Made by a program: the position numbers and the translations under genes. A stretch of 56,393 nucleotides of DNA from a virus (Duplodnaviria > Caudoviricetes): IMG/VR virus record IMGVR_UViG_3300037755_000322, positions 1 through 56,393 of that record, one strand, 5' to 3'. Shown one piece after another: positions 9,332 to 18,712 of the stretch. How positions within the stretch are numbered: the first letter of the stretch is position 1; every line of letters begins with the position of its first letter. The notes below the pieces were generated by a model, which saw only the letters and a list, made by a program, of their open reading frames with translations, did not search any database and was not told where the DNA came from.

Positions 9332-10776
9332 TGATTCCGATCCCGCTTACGAGCGGTGCCTACAGTTCGCTCAGCGTCATTGCCAACGCTCAGCGCTGCG
9401 TCAATCTGTACCCGGAGGCCAACCCCAAGGACACCCGGCCTCCGGTACCGGTGACGCACTACCCGCGCGCCGGCAAGAAGCTGCTCGCCATTCCACCTAC
9501 GCTCGGGCCGGGGCGCGGTCTGTACCGTGCCACCAACGGTGATCTGTATGCCAACGTCGACGACTTCATCTATTTTGTCGACAGCAACTTTGCGTTCAGT
9601 CAGGTGATCAATATCGGCCACGGCACCAGCCCGGTGCTGATGGCGGACAACGGTCAGGACGTGGGCGACGACCTGGTCGCGGTTGACGGCTCGGCTACCG
9701 GCTGGCAAATAACGATGTCGACGCGCGTCGGTGCGGTCATAGTCGACGGCACCGGGCTGTTCGTTGGTGCCAATCGGGTCGACTATCTTCAGGGGTTCTT
9801 CCTGTTCAATGCCCCCGGCACGCCCTATTGGTACACGTCGCTGCTCAACAGCGTGTCGTTCAACGCATTGGACATAGCGTCCAAGGCGTCGTACGCCGAT
9901 AACATCAAGACGCTCGGCGTCCGCCAGCGCGAGGCATGGCTGATCGGTGAACTTACGACGGAGCCCTGGTATCTGTCGGGCGCCGCTCAGTTTCCATTTG
10001 AAGCAGTGGCGTCCACGTTCGTACCATACGGCTGCGTCGCTACCTATTCGATGTGCCCGATAGACGTGCGACTGTTCTGGCTGTCGCAGGACTTGAAAGG
10101 CCAAGGCATCGCGGTGATGACCGAGGGATACGAGGCCAAACGAATTTCTACCTATGCGCTCGAAAACGAATGGCGCAAATACTCGGACATCACCGACGCC
10201 ATCGGCGGCTCCTACCAGCTGAACGGCCACACGTTCTACGTTCTGCACTTTCCGACGGCCGACAAGACCTGGGCCTATGATCTAGCCACCGGGCAATGGC
10301 ATGAGCAAACCTGGCTAGATAACGACGGCGCCGAACACCGTGACCGCGCTACCTTTTATGCCCACGCCTACGGCAAAGTCATCGGCCAGGACTGGGAAAC
10401 CGGAATTCTCTACGAACTCGACCCCGACACCTATCAGGATAACGGCCAGCCTATTTTGTGCCGCCGCGGCTTCCCGCACGTCATCGACCAGATGAACCGC
10501 ATTACGCACTGGAACGCGGTGGTGGACATTCAGTGCGGCACCATCGCCGACCAGGACGCCGACCCGCAAGTCAACTTGCGCTATAGCGACGACCGCGGCA
10601 AGACGTTCAGCGACCCCATTTCGCAGACTATGGGGGCGACCGGTGAATACGGCACCAGCCCGCAATTTCCGCGTCTCGGTATGGCACGCGACCGGGTCTA
10701 CGAAGTGTTCTGGGCCGAAAACATGGAAACGGCGCTTAACGCCATCTACATCGAAGTGGAGGAAAGCGAATCGTGA
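9331..10776 (+). CDS. Tail hub / packaged DNA stabilization protein, P22 gp10-like
   Basis: QRCVNLYPE, KRISTYALE, YQLNGHTFYVLHFP, LRYSDDRGKTFS, RLGMARDRVYEV motifs. Confidence 0.88.
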   Translation: MIPIPLTSGAYSSLSVIANAQRCVNLYPEANPKDTRPPVPVTHYPRAGKKLLAIPPTLGPGRGLYRATNGDLYANVDDFIYFVDSNFAFSQVINIGHGTSPVLMADNGQDVGDDLVAVDGSATGWQITMSTRVGAVIVDGTGLFVGANRVDYLQGFFLFNAPGTPYWYTSLLNSVSFNALDIASKASYADNIKTLGVRQREAWLIGELTTEPWYLSGAAQFPFEAVASTFVPYGCVATYSMCPIDVRLFWLSQDLKGQGIAVMTEGYEAKRISTYALENEWRKYSDITDAIGGSYQLNGHTFYVLHFPTADKTWAYDLATGQWHEQTWLDNDGAEHRDRATFYAHAYGKVIGQDWETGILYELDPDTYQDNGQPILCRRGFPHVIDQMNRITHWNAVVDIQCGTIADQDADPQVNLRYSDDRGKTFSDPISQTMGATGEYGTSPQFPRLGMARDRVYEVFWAENMETALNAIYIEVEESES

Positions 10777-10955
10777 GCCGCCGCCCGGGATACGCGTGGA
10801 AGGACGACGATGGCAAGTATCGCCTGTCGGTGATCGGCCCTCGCGCTAAACTGAAGACGCGACCGGCGACGAAATTTGACACGCCGCAGCAGCTGCTCAA
10901 CGAGGCGGCCAGACGTGAACTAGACGTGGAATGGCAAAATGGTAAGCCCGACTAG
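10773..10955 (+). CDS. Small hypothetical protein
   Basis: GTGA overlap with the gp10-like stop. Confidence 0.5.
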   Translation: MSRRPGYAWKDDDGKYRLSVIGPRAKLKTRPATKFDTPQQLLNEAARRELDVEWQNGKPD

Positions 10956-11376
10956 CGCGCCGCTATCAATGCCGACGGCGGCGCAGCCTCTGGCCGACGC
11001 CGAAGGAAAACCTAGCCAGGTGTGGTGGCGGTTCTGGTATGGGTTGCTCACGCGGTCGGCGGCGACCGTCACTTATCTGGTGGCAACGGCGCTCACCGCC
11101 ACCGGCACCGCACAGGCCGACGCTCTACAACTGACGGCCGAATGGAACGAACTGACAACGGTAGCCGCGAACACCGGAGTGGTGCTGTTCGATTTCGGTG
11201 CCGGGCTGGAATCAACCGTGTGGAACGCCGGGGCAAATTCCCTTAAGGTATACCCGCCGGTCGGCAGCACCATCGACGGCGGCGCGGCGAACGACCCATA
11301 TGTACTTGCGGCGGGGAAAGCGCAGGTATTTTATCAGCTGGACGCCACTTCCTTCCGTACGCTGCAACTGGGATAA
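10939..11376 (+). CDS. Tail-associated protein
   Basis: N-terminal P....G..S..WWRF motif seen after gp10-like genes; C-terminal beta domain paralogous to 8933-9331. Confidence 0.7.
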   Translation: MVSPTSAPLSMPTAAQPLADAEGKPSQVWWRFWYGLLTRSAATVTYLVATALTATGTAQADALQLTAEWNELTTVAANTGVVLFDFGAGLESTVWNAGANSLKVYPPVGSTIDGGAANDPYVLAAGKAQVFYQLDATSFRTLQLG

Positions 11377-11380
11377 CGAC

Positions 11381-11911
11381 ATGCAATATTTTCAGAAGAT
11401 TGCCGAGGGCGTAATGACGCTGCCGTTGCTGCATTCGCTGGCCCGGCACCCCGAATGGTGGGACACGGATACCATGCGGACCACGTTCGAGGGTACGCCA
11501 CATTCCGAAGTCCACGACGTTCTGCTAAGGTTCGGCGCGGCGGACGGCAACGACCTGGAAGCCGTCGATTTTCCGGTGATGGCGGCGGTGCCGAAGGCCA
11601 AGGAAATGGCGCTCGACCTGATGCGGCTGGTGAGCGGGTCGCGCCTCGGCCGCATGGTCGTTACCAAATTGGAACCAGGCAAGCGCATCGCGCCGCACGC
11701 CGACGTAAAAGGGCTCTACAGCGCCTATTACACGCGCTACCACATCGTACTGCAGGGGCTGCAAGGTTCGTTGTTCAATTGCGGCGACGAAACCGTCAAT
11801 ATGCTGACCGGCGACATCTGGTGGTTTGACGCTCACGCCGAACACAGTCTGGTCAACAATTCGAAAGACGACCGGGTTCACTTGCTGGTGGACGTCAGGA
11901 TCGATCAATGA
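11381..11911 (+). CDS. 2OG-Fe(II) dioxygenase, aspartyl/asparaginyl beta-hydroxylase-like
   Basis: PGKRIAPHAD (HxD), RYHIVL, WWFD...H and RVHLLVD motifs. Confidence 0.85.
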   Translation: MQYFQKIAEGVMTLPLLHSLARHPEWWDTDTMRTTFEGTPHSEVHDVLLRFGAADGNDLEAVDFPVMAAVPKAKEMALDLMRLVSGSRLGRMVVTKLEPGKRIAPHADVKGLYSAYYTRYHIVLQGLQGSLFNCGDETVNMLTGDIWWFDAHAEHSLVNNSKDDRVHLLVDVRIDQ

Positions 11912-12021
11912 TTTTTCATCGCCTGCCACAGCGCGCGAAGTTCGCGAAGGGACGCCCCCTTCAATTCTTCATGAGTAAGGCCGGCTTCTACCAGGTCCTT
12001 GATCATACGGTTGCGGCGCAT
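11905..12021 (-). CDS. Small antisense protein, 38 aa (MRRNRMIKDLVEAGLTHEELKGASLRELRALWQAMKNH)
   Basis: ATAGGAG RBS 6 nt upstream and its own TTGACA promoter; fills the gap between two tail-module genes. Confidence 0.7.
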   Translation of the reverse strand: MRRNRMIKDLVEAGLTHEELKGASLRELRALWQAMKNH

Positions 12022-12042
12022 AGTGTTCTCCTATGTTTGACG

Positions 12043-12075
12043 TGTAATTTAAACACGTCGAAGGGGGTCTGTCAA
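12043..12075 (-). promoter_or_regulatory. Sigma70-like promoter with an inverted repeat over the -10 region
   Basis: TTGACA-N17-TTAAAT on the minus strand; GACGTGT-AATTTAA-ACACGTC at 12039-12059. Confidence 0.6.
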
Positions 12076-12542
12076 TGATTACGGTTCAAGTCGAATCGTT
12101 TAAGGCCTGCCTGACGGAACTGACCCTGATATTTCAACGCCACTGGCAGGAGTATGCTTTGTTTCAAGACCGCATGCCGCTGGCGCCGCAATACGACGAA
12201 TACGTTCGTCGTGACGAGGCCGGCGAACTGGTGCTGGTGACCGCGCGCCGCGATGGTGTGATGGTGGCTTATTACACGGCGGCGATTCGTCCCGGTTTTC
12301 ACTACAAGGACACGCTGACGGCGACGCAGGACCTGATGTACGTAGTAGCAGAAGAACCGTGGAAAGGGGTGTGCCGCCCGCTGCTCGAATGCGTGGAAGA
12401 TGAATTGAAGCGCCGTGGCGTCAAAATATGGTACGCCGGTTATAAATCGCACCGGCCGCAAGGCATGCCCCGGCTGTTCGGGCTGTTTGGGTTCGAACCA
12501 GCCGACGTCTACGTAACCAAGTGGATCGGAAACAAACGATGA
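12075..12542 (+). CDS. GNAT-fold acetyltransferase-like protein
   Basis: LVTARRDGVMVAYY, DLMYV, LKRRGVK, LFGLFGF pattern; typical position before ejection proteins. Confidence 0.7.
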   Translation: MITVQVESFKACLTELTLIFQRHWQEYALFQDRMPLAPQYDEYVRRDEAGELVLVTARRDGVMVAYYTAAIRPGFHYKDTLTATQDLMYVVAEEPWKGVCRPLLECVEDELKRRGVKIWYAGYKSHRPQGMPRLFGLFGFEPADVYVTKWIGNKR

Positions 12543-13567
12543 AAAATTCGCCGTTCGATCTGCAGGACTTCGTACCGCGCAGCGACTGTTGCGTCGCGGC
12601 AGCCATTATCGGCGCGGGCGCGCTCGGCGCGGGGGCCTCGATCTACGGCGCCAACAAGGCGGCGGAAGCACAGACCAGCTATGGCAACCAGTCGATTGAC
12701 GCGTCAAAATTTTTTTTCAAGGAAGCCGAAAGCCAGTTGCAACCTTATATCAGCGCCGGTCACGACACGTTGCCGTCATTGCAGGGCTTCACCGACCCCA
12801 ACAATCCGGCGTCGCCGCTCGCCGCGCTGATGCGGCTGACGATGCCGGGGTCCGACCAGAGCGCCGCACTGGCGGAAACGCCGGGTTTTAAGTTTACGCA
12901 ACAATACGGAATGAAGGGCATCGAAAACGCACTGGCCGCGCGGGGCCTCGCCGGTCCCGGCGGCCCGCTGGCGCGAGCCGGAGCCGACTATTCGTCCGGG
13001 CTGGCGTCCACGACCTGGCAGAACGTCGTCAACGCGTTGTTGTCGTCCTTTCAAGGCGGCGCCAATTCGCTGCAAAACATCGTCAACACCGGAGCGGGCG
13101 CGGCGGGCACGCTTACCGGCGCGGCGACGCAGACCGGCGGCCAGGTTGCCAACAGTCTGGTTGGCATCGGTAATGCACAGGCTGGCGCGGCGACCGCCAC
13201 CGGCAATGCCATCGGCCAGTTTGGGTCGTCGATCCCACAGGCGTTATTGTTACAGAAATTACTCGGCAATGGAGGCAGCAGCGCGGGAGGCGGCCCGAGT
13301 GGCTTATATGGACTAGCCAACGGGACGTATGGCAATTTTGCCGATGCTGGCTTTGGCAATGGGATAGGAACTGGTGGCTTCAATTTTATTGATGCAATGG
13401 CAGCCAAGGGCGGTCGTTTCAAAAAGGGCCAGCGCATCTTAGTGGGTGAAGAGGGTCCCGAAATCATTGAAATGCCCGGCGACGGCACTATCATTCCCAA
13501 CAACGCGTTCATGGCGCTGGTCAAGACCGGCAAGCGCAAACCGGCGCCGCGGGCGACGAGGCATTGA
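12539..13567 (+). CDS. DNA ejection (pilot) protein, P22 gp7-like
   Basis: AAAIIGAGALGAGASIYGANKAA, LQPY, TPGFKF..G; Gly/Ala-rich; C-terminal AKGG..VGEEGPE module. Confidence 0.75.
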   Translation: MKNSPFDLQDFVPRSDCCVAAAIIGAGALGAGASIYGANKAAEAQTSYGNQSIDASKFFFKEAESQLQPYISAGHDTLPSLQGFTDPNNPASPLAALMRLTMPGSDQSAALAETPGFKFTQQYGMKGIENALAARGLAGPGGPLARAGADYSSGLASTTWQNVVNALLSSFQGGANSLQNIVNTGAGAAGTLTGAATQTGGQVANSLVGIGNAQAGAATATGNAIGQFGSSIPQALLLQKLLGNGGSSAGGGPSGLYGLANGTYGNFADAGFGNGIGTGGFNFIDAMAAKGGRFKKGQRILVGEEGPEIIEMPGDGTIIPNNAFMALVKTGKRKPAPRATRH

Positions 13568-15057
13568 ACATGGCAGAAGTAGACACCAGCATCTACCGGC
13601 CACAACCGCAGCCCAACCCGTTGGATACCGTCGCCAAGTTCGGGCAGGCAGCCAATGCGCTTGCGCCTTTGGTGGTCGGCGGCGCGATGCAAGGAGCGAT
13701 TGACCCAGCAACCGGGCAGGTCGACCAGAACAAGCTGCTGTCGACGTTGCGCCAGTCGCCGCTCGGGGCGGCGCAGGCGGTGCCGCAGATGCAACATTTA
13801 CAGGCGCTGCGCCAAGCGGGCTACGCCGCCGATCAAGCCGGCCTGGAAACGTTTCAGAAGCGGATGGCGGTCACTTATCATTTGTTTTCGGGGCTGGCGT
13901 CGAAGACTGAACCAACGATGAACGACGTTTACGACGTTGCGGCGCAGGCGATGGACCCCAACCTCAACGCTAAGCAATACGGCATCACGCTGCCCGTCAT
14001 CATGAACGCCGTCAAGCTGTTCCGGGGTCTGACGCCGCAACAAATCAAGAAGAAGGCGTTGCAAATTCAAACCCAGGCGGCCTCCACGGCTGAAATCTTG
14101 CAGCAGCACACGCCGCGTTACCAAGCAATCGACCAGGGCGGCCAGATCACGCTGGTGCCGACCGGTACGCAGGAAAACCCGGCCGTCAACACGGCCATTC
14201 CGAAGACGTTGTCGCCGGCCACTCCGGTCGCCACGCCGCAAGGTACGCGCTATCTCGGCGCGCAGCCACCTATCCCCGGCGGCGGCGCGGTCGGACCTGC
14301 CGGCCAACCGCTAGCGCCGCCGGCTCCTGCCGGTGCGCCGTTGTCGCTTTCTCCGACAGGACCGGCGGCTTCCTTGCCGCCTGGCTATTCGGAGGCTGCC
14401 GGCGGCATCGCCGGCCAGAGCGCGTCGAGCGCCAACGCGCTGACTACCGCCAACGATTCGTCGATGGTGCGCAAGGGCATGATCGGCAACTTGGAGGAAG
14501 ACCTGCGACATTTCACGTCCGGCCCGGCTGCCGACTGGACACTGGTCGCGAAAGCGTGGGCCAATCGCAACCTGCCGGTGCCAGAACCGTGGAAGGCCGA
14601 GGGCGGCGTGTTCGACGCCGGCTCCATTGCGTCACAGGAACAATTCAACAAGCAGGCCGCGATGCTGGCGCAGCAGCAATTCCAGACCATCGGCGGCACC
14701 GGCACCGACGCCAAGTTCAATTCGGCGTTCACCACCAATCCAGGTCAGACGCTATCGCAAATGGGCAACGTCGGCATCATGCGGTTGCTCAAGGGTAATG
14801 AAGACGCCATTCAGGCCAAGGCCAAGGAATGGCAAAAGTGGCTGGCCGCCGGCAACGGCCCGCAGACTTATCCGCAGTTTTCGCTGCAGTTTAATGACAA
14901 GTTCGACCCGCGTGTTTTCCAATTCAAGTACATCCTGGCTAAGGAGCGCCAGTCATATTTCGATAATATGGACAAGGACGCACAACAGACGTTCCTGCGC
15001 GATCTCACCTACGCCCGCAAAAAAGGTTGGGTCAATTTCACGGCGCCGAAGAAATGA
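13564..15057 (+). CDS. DNA ejection protein (second internal virion protein)
   Basis: Gln/Ala-rich helical protein lying between the gp7-like and hydrolase-bearing genes. Confidence 0.65.
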   Translation: MNMAEVDTSIYRPQPQPNPLDTVAKFGQAANALAPLVVGGAMQGAIDPATGQVDQNKLLSTLRQSPLGAAQAVPQMQHLQALRQAGYAADQAGLETFQKRMAVTYHLFSGLASKTEPTMNDVYDVAAQAMDPNLNAKQYGITLPVIMNAVKLFRGLTPQQIKKKALQIQTQAASTAEILQQHTPRYQAIDQGGQITLVPTGTQENPAVNTAIPKTLSPATPVATPQGTRYLGAQPPIPGGGAVGPAGQPLAPPAPAGAPLSLSPTGPAASLPPGYSEAAGGIAGQSASSANALTTANDSSMVRKGMIGNLEEDLRHFTSGPAADWTLVAKAWANRNLPVPEPWKAEGGVFDAGSIASQEQFNKQAAMLAQQQFQTIGGTGTDAKFNSAFTTNPGQTLSQMGNVGIMRLLKGNEDAIQAKAKEWQKWLAAGNGPQTYPQFSLQFNDKFDPRVFQFKYILAKERQSYFDNMDKDAQQTFLRDLTYARKKGWVNFTAPKK

Positions 15058-17648
15058 ACCTGTCCCCGCAAGACCGCGATCTGATCGTTCGCACCGTCAT
15101 CGGTGAAGCGGCCAACGAGCCTGTTCAGGGCCAGGCGGCGGTAGCGCACGTCATTTTCAACCGCCTGAATGCGGGCGAATGGGGCAAGACGCCGTCCGAC
15201 GTAGTGCTGGCCAAGGGCCAGTTCGAGCCGTGGCAGGTTCGGTCGCGCGAACTGCTCGCCATCGACCCGGCATCGCCCGAATATAAGAACGCGGCCCGGG
15301 TGGTGGATTCGGTCGTTTCACGTGAAACACCAGACCCGACCGGCGGCGCGACTTACTTCCTGCAGCCCGACATCGTGCGCGCCCGACGCGGCGGTACGCT
15401 GCCGTCATGGGCTAGCGGCAAAAACAAGCAGATCGGGGCGCATACGTTCTATTACGGCGGCCGGGGCGGCGCTCCGGTACAGATTGCCCAGGCAGACGAT
15501 GTATCCGACGCCGACGTCGATGAAACCCGGAAGTTGCTCGGGTTGGGGGCCAGCGCGCCCACGGCGGCGCCCCCTGCGGTGTCGGCTGCCGGCACTGACG
15601 TCACGCCGGCAGACCTCGACGCCACGGCGCGGGCGCTCGGGATAACGTTAGGAAAGCGCCCGGCTGTGTTGGCCCCCGCAACGGCGTCCCAGCCAACGAC
15701 GACCCCCTCTCCGCCGCCCGCCGCCCCCAGTCCGTGGGCGCCGATCAGTACCCAAGGCGGCTATCAACGCCAGGTCGTCGAGGGCATGCCGATAGTCGCG
15801 CCATTGGTGCACCGCGGTCTGGCGGCGGCGGAAGCCGCAACCGAACCCGCCATCAACCCGATCCGACGGCTGCTTGGCTATCCGGAAGCCCCGATGTCGG
15901 CGCCGACATTCGCCGGGCGCTATGCTGCCAATCTAGAGGGCATTCGTCAGTCGAACCGCCGCTTCGCGCAAGAAAACCCGGTCGGCTCCACCGTCGCCAA
16001 TCTAACCGGCGGCGCGCTGGCGCTTGGACCGGTTGGAGCCACCGAAGCCGGCGGCATCGCGCTCGGCATGCGCGGGCCAAATATCGGGTCCAAGATAATT
16101 ACCGGCGCATTGGGCGGCAGCGTCATCGGCGGTGCCGACGCCGCGCTGCGCGGCGAGGACCCGGTGACGGGAGCTAAGATCGGCGCGGTCGGTGGCGCCG
16201 CGGGGCCGGTCGTCGGTGAACTGGTACAGGGCGGCACTCGCTACGTCGTCAACAACATACTGCCGCGAACGGGCGTCTTGCGCGGCGTGCACCCGACGGC
16301 GGTCAGCAAGTTGACGCAAGCGTTCGAAGGTGAAGCGCCGCAATCACTGCGCGAGGCCCGTGCCCGCATGGGGCCGGCGGGGTTCGTGGCCGACATCAAC
16401 CCGGCTACCACCGACATCGCGGGCGCGGTGGCAGACATTCCGGGACCGGGCAAGCAGATGGTGCGTGAAGCTTTCCGGGCGCGGGCGCGCGACCAGGCGC
16501 AGCGGGTGGAGCAGGCTTTGACCCGCAACGTCGGTCCGACGACCGACATCGAACAGTTCAGGAACGTGCTCACTGAAAACCGCAAAGCAGCGGCGGACCC
16601 TTTGTACCAGGCATGGCGCGACACCCAGGTACAGCCGACCGACGAATTGAAGGTTTTAATTCCGCGGCTGGAAGCAGCCGGCGCGTTCGGGCTGGCTGAA
16701 GAATCCGCCGCCGTGCGCGGCGTGCCGCTCAACAAGAAATTCTTCACGGGCGGCCCGCAGAAGGAATATCCGACGACCGAATCGTGGGACCTGGTTAAGC
16801 GCGGCCTCGACCGCAAGATCGATCAGGCGTACCGGGCTGGCGACAACAAGCACGCCGCAGATTTAGTCCAACTCAAGAACGAACTCGTCGGTGAAATCGG
16901 CAAGACCGACGCCGGCAAAATCTGGACCCAGGCACGTCAGGCGTTTGCCGAACGGTCGGCCCTGATCGATCAACTGGAAGCCGGCCGCGATACCTTCCTC
17001 GGCGGCCGGTCGGGCCTCAGCGTCGACGAACTGAAAGCTGAATTGCAGGGCTTGAGCGGCCCGGAACTCGGCGCGCGGATAGTCGGCGTGCGCGCGGCGG
17101 CGGACGAAGCAATGGGGGCGACGGCGCGCGGCGATACCACGCTGCGCAACAAACTTTTGGCCCCGAACAACCGCAAGAAGATGGAACTGTTGCTCGGCAA
17201 GAAGAAAGCCGACGACCTAATTCAGACGATGGAGCAGGAAAAGTACCTGGGCGAGCAATACCAGAACGTGGTCGGCGGGTCGCAGACCACGCCCAAGAAG
17301 GAACGCATCACGGCGCTGCAGGCGCAACCAATGCAGCCGTGGGATTTTGACGTCACGCGGCCCGGTACTTATCTGCCGCCGTCGATGCGGGAACAGTTCA
17401 CGCCGCACGGCCTAGTCAATGCCTGGCGCGGCCAGGGCGCGCAGACCGCCGCCAACCAGCTGGCGCCGCTGATCACGGCTCGGACCGGCACCCCGGAATT
17501 TTCTCAACTGGTCCGGGCGCTGCGTCGCGAGTCTCTGCGGCGCGCTCAGGGGGCGGCGGTAGGAGCCCGCGCGGGGAGCGTCCTATCCGGTCTGGTGACC
17601 GGTCCCGGTACGACGACAGCGCGTCGCCAATACTTGCCAGTGCGTTGA
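15054..17648 (+). CDS. Large ejection protein with N-terminal SleB-like cell wall hydrolase domain
   Basis: [43 protein letters not shown] are Hydrolase_2/SleB motifs; the remainder is Ala/Gly-rich. Confidence 0.82.
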   Translation: MNLSPQDRDLIVRTVIGEAANEPVQGQAAVAHVIFNRLNAGEWGKTPSDVVLAKGQFEPWQVRSRELLAIDPASPEYKNAARVVDSVVSRETPDPTGGATYFLQPDIVRARRGGTLPSWASGKNKQIGAHTFYYGGRGGAPVQIAQADDVSDADVDETRKLLGLGASAPTAAPPAVSAAGTDVTPADLDATARALGITLGKRPAVLAPATASQPTTTPSPPPAAPSPWAPISTQGGYQRQVVEGMPIVAPLVHRGLAAAEAATEPAINPIRRLLGYPEAPMSAPTFAGRYAANLEGIRQSNRRFAQENPVGSTVANLTGGALALGPVGATEAGGIALGMRGPNIGSKIITGALGGSVIGGADAALRGEDPVTGAKIGAVGGAAGPVVGELVQGGTRYVVNNILPRTGVLRGVHPTAVSKLTQAFEGEAPQSLREARARMGPAGFVADINPATTDIAGAVADIPGPGKQMVREAFRARARDQAQRVEQALTRNVGPTTDIEQFRNVLTENRKAAADPLYQAWRDTQVQPTDELKVLIPRLEAAGAFGLAEESAAVRGVPLNKKFFTGGPQKEYPTTESWDLVKRGLDRKIDQAYRAGDNKHAADLVQLKNELVGEIGKTDAGKIWTQARQAFAERSALIDQLEAGRDTFLGGRSGLSVDELKAELQGLSGPELGARIVGVRAAADEAMGATARGDTTLRNKLLAPNNRKKMELLLGKKKADDLIQTMEQEKYLGEQYQNVVGGSQTTPKKERITALQAQPMQPWDFDVTRPGTYLPPSMREQFTPHGLVNAWRGQGAQTAANQLAPLITARTGTPEFSQLVRALRRESLRRAQGAAVGARAGSVLSGLVTGPGTTTARRQYLPVR

Positions 17649-17811
17649 GCCTCCGTTTACGCCGGTCGTCGGCGCGGTCGCGCTGCAATTCGCGCCAGTA
17701 ACGCTTCAGCCCGCGGCAGACGTCCGGCCCGAAGCGGTCGCGCAGCGCCAGATAGAACCCCTCGATCACCGACAGAGTCAAAATGGCGAGGAAGTAGCGC
17801 ATTCGTTCGTC

Positions 17812-18561
17812 TTAACGCAAACCGAGCGCATTAAGAATGCCGTCGCGAAGTTCTTGATAGGCGGCGCTCTCGGCGGCGCTCTCGGCGGTGCTCCAGGCGG
17901 CGCTCCAGGCGGCGCTCCAGGCGGCGCTCCAGGCGGCGCTCTCGGCGGCGCTCCTGGTGGCGCTCTCGGCGGCGCTCTCGGCGGTGCTCCAGGCGGCGCT
18001 CCAGGCGGCGCTCCAGGCGGCGCTCTCGGCGGCGCTCCTGGTGGCGCTCCTAGTGGCGCTCCAGGCGGCGCTCTCGGCGGCGCTCCACAATTCATCGGCG
18101 ACCGCTTCGCCTCGACCCGCTCGCTTATGCAGATCAAGAACTCGTTGCACCGACTCTTGCGCCGAACCGGCGGTTTTATAGCTGACATGTAGGATAGCGG
18201 CGTGAACGCGATGAAGCGCCGCTTGCCAATCGTAGTCTGACGGCGTGCCGGCCAGTGTTTCAGCCAGTAGCACATGCCACTTGGCGCTTTCGCCGTTTGG
18301 CAAGCCCTCGAAGATATTGTCCTGCAATAACGTCAGCCATTTCGGGTAGCCGTAGTACCGAGCGACAATGGCGTGCTTGTCGCGCATGCCGCTAATTTCT
18401 TCTATCGTAGCCCTCGGCAGGATGTGGTGCAGGTGGCAGCCGACCGAACAGCCCTTAAACTCATCTTGTTCTTCGCGGCCATACGTGCCTTTGAGCAGCA
18501 TATCGGCGGCAAAGTGCGCCTTGGACTGTTCAAGAAATTCGGTCTTTTGTTCCGGTGTCAT
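17812..18561 (-). CDS. Hypothetical protein with 19 x [W/E/R]SAA-type tetrapeptide repeats
   Basis: GTY..., GCSVGC, IFEGLP N-terminal domain; TAGGAG RBS; repeat tract in frame. Confidence 0.8.
   Translation of the reverse strand: MTPEQKTEFLEQSKAHFAADMLLKGTYGREEQDEFKGCSVGCHLHHILPRATIEEISGMRDKHAIVARYYGYPKWLTLLQDNIFEGLPNGESAKWHVLLAETLAGTPSDYDWQAALHRVHAAILHVSYKTAGSAQESVQRVLDLHKRAGRGEAVADELWSAAESAAWSATRSATRSAAESAAWSAAWSAAWSTAESAAESATRSAAESAAWSAAWSAAWSAAWSTAESAAESAAYQELRDGILNALGLR
17860..18087 (-). repeat. 12-bp tandem coding repeat, 19 units
   Basis: Units such as TGGAGCGCCGCC, GAGAGCGCCGCC and AGGAGCGCCACC. Confidence 0.95.
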
Positions 18562-18712
18562 TATAAACTCCTATGGCATTAAGTCGTTACGAAAAGTTCT
18601 TATACCAGTATCCCCGTCCAGTAGCCGGCGCCGAGGACGACGACCACCGCGACGACGGCACTGTAGGCTAGCCACAGCAGCCCGTTGCCGAGGATACAAA
18701 GAAAGCGCAGCA

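Noticed and set aside
17860-18087. Possible CRISPR array
   Set aside because: Contiguous 12-bp units with no unique spacers and no cas genes.
17854-18192. Plus-strand GGAP/GGAL collagen-like ORF and other frames over the 12-bp repeat
   Set aside because: These are shadows of the repeat. The minus-strand frame has an RBS, a non-repetitive domain and the same orientation as its neighbours.
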